This document shows positions 56,862 to 64,000 of a stretch of DNA of 64,000 nucleotides, in pieces. The translations under genes and the position numbers were made by a program. The stretch is from an uncultured Mycoplasmatota bacterium (GTDB lineage: Bacteria > Bacillota_I > Bacilli_A > RF39 > UBA660). The notes under the pieces were generated by a model. The model saw nothing but the letters and a program-made list of their open reading frames with translations. It searched no databases and was not told the origin of the DNA. How positions within the stretch are numbered: position 1 is the stretch's first letter; every line of letters starts with the position of its first letter. The stretch is from the NCBI GenBank assembly GCA_900548725.1, contig URLV01000003.1, positions 885 to 64,884 on the forward strand. Direction: 5' to 3'.

Positions 56862-57413
56862 TTATTTTTCTAATAATTTTGTTATTTCTTTTATGTTATT
56901 TTTAAATATAATTGTATCTATTATATTAGATATAGAATATACTGTAATTAGTATTCCTAGAGAAGTTGTTAATGCTATAGTTCCAATACTAGGATTAAGT
57001 ATAATTATTAAACCACATATAATAGATATTATTGAACATATTAGAAGTGATAACCAACTACTAATATTATTTCTATATAGTAATATTGATAGTCTTAAAT
57101 CTAGTGTTGATTTAGTAATCATTATTACACCTGCTACTATTGGGAATAATGTTTTTACAATATCTGGATTAACTAGCATTATAATACCTAGTAATAATTC
57201 TATAACACCTAGTGTTAAGAAACTAGAGAAGAATATACTTGATTCTTTTTCTATTAAGAAATATATTCCGTTTACAATAAGTAATATTGATAGTATATAA
57301 GTTATTGTTGTAAATGATACTTCTGGATAAATAATGAATATTAATCCTATAATAAACATTATTATAGATATTATAATAGATGAGTATAAGAATTTGTTTA
57401 ATTTATTTAACAT
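56862..57413 (-). CDS. HdeD/DUF308-family membrane protein
   Basis: 183 aa with six evenly spaced TM helices and repeated G..L...G motifs, typical of DUF308. Confidence 0.55.
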   Translation of the reverse strand: MLNKLNKFLYSSIIISIIMFIIGLIFIIYPEVSFTTITYILSILLIVNGIYFLIEKESSIFFSSFLTLGVIELLLGIIMLVNPDIVKTLFPIVAGVIMITKSTLDLRLSILLYRNNISSWLSLLICSIISIICGLIIILNPSIGTIALTTSLGILITVYSISNIIDTIIFKNNIKEITKLLEK

Positions 57414-57469
57414 GTATAGGCTCCTTTCTATTATAATTTTAATAAAAATATTTTGTTTTGTAAACTACA

Positions 57470-58321
57470 TTATTCTTTTATAAGTTGGATATTTTCATTT
57501 TTATATTCTTTTAATACTTCATTCCATATATATGATTCAACCAATCTTGCTTTTTTTGGATTTATTAAAAATCTTATATTTAATTCTATATGTTTATCTT
57601 TTACTTCTGTATATATCATCGGTTCATATTTATTATAATACATTCTATATGATGTATTATTTTTTAATTCGTTTTTCATTTTTGTTGGTATATTTTTTAT
57701 CACATCTATATTATTTATTATTTTGTATAAAGTCTTTTTTGCTAGTATAACATCACTATCAAGAGATATTTGTACTTTTATTTCGTCCCATATATATTTA
57801 AATCCTTTATTCATATTTTTTACTGTTTCTGTAAATATTATTGAGTTTGGAATTATTGAAACTACACCTGTACTTTGATGTCCATAATTATCACTTATTT
57901 CTAATAATTCAAAGAATAATGATCCTAGATTTATAACATCTCCTTTTTGTCCTTTTATTTCAATTCTATCTTCTAATTTAAATGGTTTATATAGTTTTAT
58001 ATAAAATCCTGCAAATAAATTTAATATGTAATCTTTTAAAGATAATGTTATTGCTGCTGATACAAAACTTATTAATGTCATTGCATTTTTTATATTACTT
58101 TCCCATATAAGATATATAATTAAAATTTGAATAATAGATATTATTAATTTTATAAAATTTAATGTTTTATATTGTAATTTATTATTATTTATTTTTATTA
58201 GTTGTTTTTTTAAAATATATATTAATGCTTTACCTATAATTAGTGTTAGTATTGTGTAAAATATTAATACTGTATATTTGTTAGTAGATGATAAAAATAA
58301 TGTATCTATATTTTTTAACAT
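57470..58321 (-). CDS. Mechanosensitive ion channel (MscS family)
   Basis: 3 TM segments, then FKLEDRIEIKGQKGDVINLG (MscS beta-domain motif). Confidence 0.75.
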   Translation of the reverse strand: MLKNIDTLFLSSTNKYTVLIFYTILTLIIGKALIYILKKQLIKINNNKLQYKTLNFIKLIISIIQILIIYLIWESNIKNAMTLISFVSAAITLSLKDYILNLFAGFYIKLYKPFKLEDRIEIKGQKGDVINLGSLFFELLEISDNYGHQSTGVVSIIPNSIIFTETVKNMNKGFKYIWDEIKVQISLDSDVILAKKTLYKIINNIDVIKNIPTKMKNELKNNTSYRMYYNKYEPMIYTEVKDKHIELNIRFLINPKKARLVESYIWNEVLKEYKNENIQLIKE

Positions 58322-58413
58322 ATTAATTTCTCCTTTTTGTATGTATTAATATAGCATTTTTATTGACTTATATAAAGTAAAAAAGAAGTATTTGTTTACT
58401 TCTTTACATTTTT

Positions 58414-59952
58414 TTACATTAATGGTGATATTCCTATACCTAGTGGTATGTTAACTAAATACCATACGATTATTATTATTAACCACATACATAATGTTCC
58501 TATTGAATATGGTACTAGATATTTTAATGATTTAAATAATCCTACACCTTTTTTATCTTGATTATACAATTCCATATATGCTAAGAATATTACAAAATAT
58601 GCCATTACTGGTGTCAGCCCATATGTAACTGATTCTCCTGCTCTAAATATCAATTGTGCAAATTCTGGCGTCATTCCTGAATTCATTAAAACTGGAACTG
58701 ACACAGATGATAATATTGACCACTTATAAATTGATGATGGCAATACTAATGTTGATATTGCACTTAGTATAAATACTAGTAATACAAGTGGTAATCCAGT
58801 AAATTTAGTTGTTGAAATTATATTAGCAAACCAACTTGTTATAAGCATACCTATATTTGAATATTTTAATATAGATATGAATGTTGATGCAAAGAATATT
58901 AATACTAATACTTTTCCCATTGCATCTAGTGAATGTGATAAATCATCACAAACATCTCTGTTATTTTTTATACTTTTTGTTAATATTCCGTATGTTAATC
59001 CATTTATGAAGAATAATATTGTTATTACAAATACAAATCCTGAATTAAAGAATGAATTATATCCGAATAGTTTATCAATATATAATTTTTGTGAATAATC
59101 TAGTAAATTTCCACTTAGTGGTAATCCTGGAATTATGTTATATATGAAAATTAATAAATATATTGTGCCTATAATTATTGAAATATATAGACTTTTTAAT
59201 TCTTTTTTTGAAACGTATTTTTCTTCCTCTTCTTCTAATTCATATTTTCCTAATCTAGGAATAATATTTTTTTCTGTTATATTAGTAATTATAAATGATA
59301 ATGCTATAGTTGCTAAAATCATTATTATCATAAAACTTGTTGTTTTTATTGTATACCCTTCTTTTAATAAATTTGCAGCATCTTGCGTATATGTTAATAA
59401 AGAAGAATCTACTGAATTTATAAATATATTTATTCCAATACCACAACTTATCGCAGCAAAAGCAGTTATTATTCCTGCTTGTGGATTTCTTTTTCCATAT
59501 TTAAATAATAATGCTGATATTGGAATTAATACTATGTAAGAGATATCTCCAGCTATACTTGATAGTATACAAATTAATACCAATATAAATGTGACAACAT
59601 TTTTTCTTAATTTTCTTGTTAAAACATAAAATAATGTATCTAAGAATCCGGTTTTATCCATAATACCTATACCTAGTAAAGTAATTAGTAACATTGATAA
59701 TGGTGTAAATGATGCAAAGTTTGATACTGTATTTGAGAATATGTATTTTAATCCTCTTAAACTAAATAGATTTTCAATAGTAATCATGGTTGATTCTAAT
59801 GAATTACTTTTAGTATTTACAGTACTATAACTCCCGGTAATATCAAATAAAGATAATATTCCACTTACACAAATGGTTATTAATATAAGTATTAAGAAAG
59901 ACATTATTGGATGCAGTACAACTTTATCTCTAATTTTTCTTATTTTATTCAT
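58414..59952 (-). CDS. abgT: AbgT-family transporter
   Basis: 512 aa polytopic protein. It begins MNKIRKIRDKVVLHPIMSFLILILIT... and has AbgT-like LTYTQDAANLL and GYNSFFNSGFVF regions. Confidence 0.7.
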   Translation of the reverse strand: MNKIRKIRDKVVLHPIMSFLILILITICVSGILSLFDITGSYSTVNTKSNSLESTMITIENLFSLRGLKYIFSNTVSNFASFTPLSMLLITLLGIGIMDKTGFLDTLFYVLTRKLRKNVVTFILVLICILSSIAGDISYIVLIPISALLFKYGKRNPQAGIITAFAAISCGIGINIFINSVDSSLLTYTQDAANLLKEGYTIKTTSFMIIMILATIALSFIITNITEKNIIPRLGKYELEEEEEKYVSKKELKSLYISIIIGTIYLLIFIYNIIPGLPLSGNLLDYSQKLYIDKLFGYNSFFNSGFVFVITILFFINGLTYGILTKSIKNNRDVCDDLSHSLDAMGKVLVLIFFASTFISILKYSNIGMLITSWFANIISTTKFTGLPLVLLVFILSAISTLVLPSSIYKWSILSSVSVPVLMNSGMTPEFAQLIFRAGESVTYGLTPVMAYFVIFLAYMELYNQDKKGVGLFKSLKYLVPYSIGTLCMWLIIIIVWYLVNIPLGIGISPLM

Positions 59953-60130
59953 TTACTATGCTCCTTAATTTACGTTCAAATTCTAATCTATCTAACATTA
60001 TAATATGATTACAACCTAAACATTTTAATTTAATATCGACACCTACTCTAGTAACGCACCATTTATTTTCTTTGCATGCATGTGGTTTTTTCATTGTAAC
60101 TATTGAACCTACGTTATATTTTTGTTCCAT
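59945..60130 (-). CDS. DUF951-family small protein
   Basis: 61 aa. GSIVTMKKPHACKENKWCVTRVGVDIKLKCLGCNHIIMLDRLEFERK is the DUF951 (YyzM-like) pattern with 4 Cys. Confidence 0.75.
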   Translation of the reverse strand: MEQKYNVGSIVTMKKPHACKENKWCVTRVGVDIKLKCLGCNHIIMLDRLEFERKLRSIVNE

Positions 60131-60920
60131 TATGTACCTCCAATTGATTATAAGGTATTTTTATATTATTTTTTTCATATGCTATTTTTATTTCTTTAAG
60201 AAATGATCTTTTTACAGCCCATTGTTTTCCTCTATTACATGTTATTAATACTTGATATATTATACTAGAATCAGCAAGTTCATTTATTCCAAGATATTCT
60301 ACTTTTGATACTTCTTTATTATTTTCTTTGAAACTATTAAGTGTATCTTTTATTACTTTTTCTACTTTATCATAATCTTCTTCATAAGCAGTTGGAATGC
60401 TTATACATGTTGATGCTTTTTCTTGAGTAATATTAATTATTTTATCTATATTTCTATTTGATATTATTAATACTTCACCAGTATATTTTTTTATTTTTGT
60501 ATTTTTTAATCCAAATTCTATTACTGTTCCTGTAAATCCTTCGTATTCAACTATGTCTCCTATTACATAGTAATTATCAAATATTATACTTATTCCATTA
60601 AAAACATCTTTTAATACGTCTTGTAATCCTAACCCAACTACTACTCCAGCAATACCTAGACCGGTAATAAGACTTGTTGTATTTATTCCATATAAGTTTA
60701 GTAAAAGAAGAATCATTATAATTAATATTAAATATCTTGCTATATTTCTAAATAAATGTAATATTGTAGTACGTTTTTTTATTTCTAATTCATCTTTACC
60801 TTTTATAACAATTTTATCTACTATATCGTATAGTATTTTGTATATAATGTATGATGATAATAAAATTATTACTGTTCCATATACTTTTGGATTGAGTAAA
60901 AAGTCTAGCATATTATTCAC
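60114..60920 (-). CDS. Mechanosensitive ion channel (MscS family)
   Basis: TM3/pore-like GLGIAGVVVGLGLQDVLKDVFNGISIIF plus YVIGDIVEYEGFTGTVIEFGL. Confidence 0.85.
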   Translation of the reverse strand: MNNMLDFLLNPKVYGTVIILLSSYIIYKILYDIVDKIVIKGKDELEIKKRTTILHLFRNIARYLILIIMILLLLNLYGINTTSLITGLGIAGVVVGLGLQDVLKDVFNGISIIFDNYYVIGDIVEYEGFTGTVIEFGLKNTKIKKYTGEVLIISNRNIDKIINITQEKASTCISIPTAYEEDYDKVEKVIKDTLNSFKENNKEVSKVEYLGINELADSSIIYQVLITCNRGKQWAVKRSFLKEIKIAYEKNNIKIPYNQLEVHNGTKI

Positions 60921-61809
60921 CTTCTATATCTATGTTTAATATTTCTAATATTCTTTCTAAATCTTTATCAGTATCAAATGGTATTGATATTTTATTTTTT
61001 GATATTTGTACTTTAGTACCTGTTACATCTCGTAATACTGATTCATATATTTTAAATCTTGGATTAAGAGTTGATACTCTAACTATTTTATTTTTCTTTA
61101 TAACATTTTCTTCTTTGCTTAATGTTTCAAGTTCTCTTACACTTATTCCATCATCAATTACTTTTTGTGCTAAGTTAAGTATCATGTCTACATCATCTAT
61201 TTTACTTAGTACTCTTGCATGTGACATACTTATAGTACCATTCATTACTTCTTTTTGAACGTATTTAGGAAGCGATAAAAGTCCTAATAGATTTGTTATA
61301 TAACTTCTTGATTTTCCAAATTTATTTGCTACTTCTTCTTGTGTTAATCCAGTTGCATCAATATAATTTTTATATGCTGTTGCTTCTTCTATTGGAGATA
61401 AATCTTCTCTTTGTATATTTTCTATTAATGCAATTTCCATCATTTGTTGGTCTGTGAAATCTCTTATTATTGCGGGAATCTTTGTTAGGCCTGCAAGTCT
61501 TGCTGCTTTAGTTCTTCTTTCACCTGCAACTAAGTCGTATCCTTTAATACTTTTTTTTACAATAATAGGTTCTATAAGTCCATGTTCTTTAATTGATTCC
61601 GATAATTCTCTTAGTGATTCTTCATCAAAGTATTCTCTTGGTTGATGAGGGTTACTTCTTATTTCATCAACAGGTATTTCTAATATGTCGCTATCTTTTG
61701 CATCACTAACTATTTCTTTTTCGTAATTATTTAATGTATCGATGTTTAATGGTTCACTATTAAATAATTGTTCTAATCCTTTTCCTAATGCTTTTCTTTT
61801 ACTCTCCAT
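60913..61809 (-). CDS. parB: Chromosome partitioning protein ParB/Spo0J
   Basis: NPHQPREYFDEESLRELSESIKEHGLIEPIIV and LVAGERRTKAARLAGL boxes, plus an HTH (TQEEVANKFGKSRSYITN). Confidence 0.9.
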   Translation of the reverse strand: MESKRKALGKGLEQLFNSEPLNIDTLNNYEKEIVSDAKDSDILEIPVDEIRSNPHQPREYFDEESLRELSESIKEHGLIEPIIVKKSIKGYDLVAGERRTKAARLAGLTKIPAIIRDFTDQQMMEIALIENIQREDLSPIEEATAYKNYIDATGLTQEEVANKFGKSRSYITNLLGLLSLPKYVQKEVMNGTISMSHARVLSKIDDVDMILNLAQKVIDDGISVRELETLSKEENVIKKNKIVRVSTLNPRFKIYESVLRDVTGTKVQISKNKISIPFDTDKDLERILEILNIDIEGE

Positions 61810-62584
61810 CTCTTAATATGACCTCCTTAGCCAAATTTAAATATGCTTCAGCTGCTCTACTTAAAGGGTCGTATTCAATAATTGGTTCTCCGTGACTTGG
61901 TGCTTCAACTAATCTGATTAATCTTGGAATAATAGTATTGAATACTTTTTCTTTAAAGAATTTTCTTACTTCTTCTACTACTTCTAATCCTAATACAGTT
62001 CTTGAATCTAGTAGTGTTAATAAAACACCTTCAATTTTAAGTCCTGGGTTTAATCTTGTTTGAGTCATTATGATTGTATTTAATAGTTGTGTTATACCTT
62101 CTAACGCAAAGAATTCACACTGAACTGGAATAATTACTGAATTTGAACTTACTAATGCGTTAGTTGTTAATAACCCTAAAGAAGGTGGACAATCTATTAT
62201 TATATAATCATATTTATCTTCAATTGTATTTAATGCATTTTTTAATTGATTATTTTTTTTAAAATTGGTATCTTGATAAGCTTTTTCTACTAATTCTATA
62301 TCAATTCCAGCTAAATTTATTGTTGCTGGTAATATCGAAAGATTTGTAAATTTAGTTTTTATTATTGCTTTTTTTATATCACATTTTTCACTTAATACAT
62401 CGTAAACACTATAAGGAATTTCTCCTTTATTTATACCTAAACCTGTTGTTGCATTTCCTTGTGGGTCTAAATCTATTAAAAGTGTTTTTTTGCCTAATTT
62501 TCCTAAAGATGCTGATAAGTTTATACTTGATGTAGTTTTTCCAACTCCTCCTTTTTGATTAACTAAAGATATTATTTTTGTCAT
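61799..62584 (-). CDS. parA: Chromosome partitioning ATPase ParA/Soj
   Basis: Deviant Walker A NQKGGVGKTT, DLDPQGNAT, and IIDCPPSLG. Confidence 0.9.
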   Translation of the reverse strand: MTKIISLVNQKGGVGKTTSSINLSASLGKLGKKTLLIDLDPQGNATTGLGINKGEIPYSVYDVLSEKCDIKKAIIKTKFTNLSILPATINLAGIDIELVEKAYQDTNFKKNNQLKNALNTIEDKYDYIIIDCPPSLGLLTTNALVSSNSVIIPVQCEFFALEGITQLLNTIIMTQTRLNPGLKIEGVLLTLLDSRTVLGLEVVEEVRKFFKEKVFNTIIPRLIRLVEAPSHGEPIIEYDPLSRAAEAYLNLAKEVILRDGE

Positions 62585-62709
62585 TTTATCACTGCCTTTT
62601 TTAACTTCTTCTTATACATATTTAATTTTATCATATAAGTATATAATTGTCTAAGTGTTTTTTATAGTTTTTTATAAAAATAAAAGAAACTATATAAAAT
62701 AATTTCTTT

Positions 62710-63675
62710 CTATGATTGTATTTGTTCTTTAAATTCTTTTGTTCTTTTATCTAAATCATTAAATAATTTATCTACGTCTTCTTCAGTTTTAATTCTAGCA
62801 CCACTCGCATATATATGCCCTCCACCATTATAGTTTTGAGCAACATCATTTATTATTGGTCCTCTACTTCTTATGTTTATTTTATGAATATCATTTTTTT
62901 CATCATAACTAGAAAATGCCCAACAATATAATTCTTTAATAAAATTAAAGTTATTTACCATATTGCTTGCTGCTGAAGAATCTACGTTGAATTCATCCAT
63001 TATTTTTCTATCTAATTTTATATATCCAAAATTATTTTCTGTAATTGTCATATTAAGAGCAATATATGATTGAAATTTTACTTCGTTTATTGGTCTTGTA
63101 TAAAGGTTATTATACAAACTAATTATATCTAATTCAAAATCTTCTATTAATTTTGTTACAACTTTAAAAGTTTTTGGACTTGTATAACTTAATAAAAATC
63201 TATCACTATCTGCTACTATACCTAGAAATAAATTAGAAGCAATTTTGTTATCTATTTTTAATTTAGTATTGTAAATTAATTCTGCTATCAATTCACATGT
63301 ACTGCTGGCATGCTCATTTACTAATTCTAAATGTGCTATGTCCTCTACGTTGGGATGATGGTCAATTCTAATTACGTAATCATAATTATCATAATTGATC
63401 GCATCTATTCTAGATTTATTTGGTACATCTAGTACAATTAGTAATGGTTTTTCTAATTTATTATCATCAATTCTATCTAATTCTCCAAAATATTTGAATT
63501 TAGACACACTATTTCCTACAGCAAATATATTTTTTTTTGGATAAGTTAATTTTAAAGAATCTCTTAATGCAATTTCACTGGCAAGTGCATCTGGGTCTGG
63601 TCCTATGTGTCTTGCTATTACTATATTATTATATTCTTTTATTTTTTTTATTATTTGCTTCATGATATTATTCAT
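62710..63675 (-). CDS. nrnA: DHH/DHHA1 phosphoesterase, NrnA-like oligoribonuclease/pAp phosphatase
   Basis: ARHIGPDPDALAS, DHH motif (IRIDHHPN), and DHHA1 GGGHIYASG. Confidence 0.8.
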   Translation of the reverse strand: MNNIMKQIIKKIKEYNNIVIARHIGPDPDALASEIALRDSLKLTYPKKNIFAVGNSVSKFKYFGELDRIDDNKLEKPLLIVLDVPNKSRIDAINYDNYDYVIRIDHHPNVEDIAHLELVNEHASSTCELIAELIYNTKLKIDNKIASNLFLGIVADSDRFLLSYTSPKTFKVVTKLIEDFELDIISLYNNLYTRPINEVKFQSYIALNMTITENNFGYIKLDRKIMDEFNVDSSAASNMVNNFNFIKELYCWAFSSYDEKNDIHKINIRSRGPIINDVAQNYNGGGHIYASGARIKTEEDVDKLFNDLDKRTKEFKEQIQS

Positions 63676-63683
63676 GTTACACC

Positions 63684-64000
63684 TTATTTTATTAATTCAT
63701 ATGTATCAGTTGCAATCATTAATTCTTCATTTGTTGGCACAACATAAACTGGAACTTTTGAATCATCAGTACTTATAATTCCTTCATGAATATCTTTAAA
63801 TCCTGCTATAGAATTATTAACTTTTTCATTTAGTTTTATACCTAATGATTCTAATTTAGTTATTACATCTTTTCTGAAACCAATTGCATTTTCACCTAAT
63901 CCAGCAGTAAATACAAGTGCATCTACATTACCATTTAATTCAACATAATATAGAGCAATGTAATTTACAATTCTATTTACATACATTTCATTAGATAATA
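63684..64000 (-). CDS. ackA: Acetate kinase (C-terminal part; 5' end beyond window end)
   Basis: ...VDALVFTAGLGENAIGFRKDV...VPVYVVPTNEELMIA is canonical for the AckA C-terminus. The frame stays open through 64000. Confidence 0.85.
   Translation of the reverse strand, partial: LSNEMYVNRIVNYIALYYVELNGNVDALVFTAGLGENAIGFRKDVITKLESLGIKLNEKVNNSIAGFKDIHEGIISTDDSKVPVYVVPTNEELMIATDTYELIK

Noticed and set aside
1-64000. Alternative genetic code (TGA = Trp), given the Mollicutes-like AT richness.
   Set aside because: GlyRS, TyrRS, ArcA/B/C, RluD, ParA/B and others have normal lengths when TGA is read as stop, and the conserved Trp codons I hand-checked are TGG. Cell-wall genes (LCP, amidases, LysM, Lgt/LspA) also argue for a walled Bacillota using code 11.

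Overview
Very AT-rich window (about a quarter G+C by eye), gene-dense and almost entirely minus-strand. It looks like the chromosome of a low-GC, cell-walled Bacillota member using the standard code, since ORF lengths match homologues with TGA as stop. All calls come from reading translations and motifs; no database search was run.

Housekeeping backbone:
- T-box-controlled glyQS and tyrS, and tRNA-Thr(CGU) and tRNA-Gln(CUG).
- smc-rnc, and the arcA-arcB-arcC-arcD-like arginine deiminase operon.
- rluD-lspA, sigG-ylmC, yebC, an lgt-like gene, and metK behind a SAM-I riboswitch.
- Two MscS channels, an AbgT transporter, parA-parB, nrnA, and a partial ackA.

Accessory content:
- (1) A Tad-like pilus cluster (1-6894) with CpaF, TadB/C-like, TadZ-like and TadE-like genes. 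It also encodes two very large proteins with type-IV-prepilin 'KGFTxIE' N-termini, and no Flp-sized pilin is visible.
- (2) A dispersed SipW/TasA-like module. It comprises sipW, a 274-aa and a 672-aa TasA-like protein, and a third paralogue broken at an A6 run. An inverted-repeat-bounded IS relic sits between sipW and its presumed substrate genes.
- (3) A TIR-domain protein next to a DUF4282-like membrane protein (42032-43410), a candidate defence pair.
- (4) A tandemly duplicated ~350-bp cassette (54788-55485). It encodes a 24-aa hydrophobic peptide with a sequestered SD, a 5'/3' pairing motif and a convergent antisense RNA, so it resembles a type I toxin-antitoxin. The second copy is decayed.
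- (5) A small-protein cassette under a near-consensus promoter that ends in a frameshifted Cys-rich ORF.
- (6) A BceRS-BceAB-like module, an ABC-2 transporter, an Rpn-family nuclease, two cell-wall amidases, an LCP protein and a glucosaminidase.

No CRISPR array or rRNA was seen.
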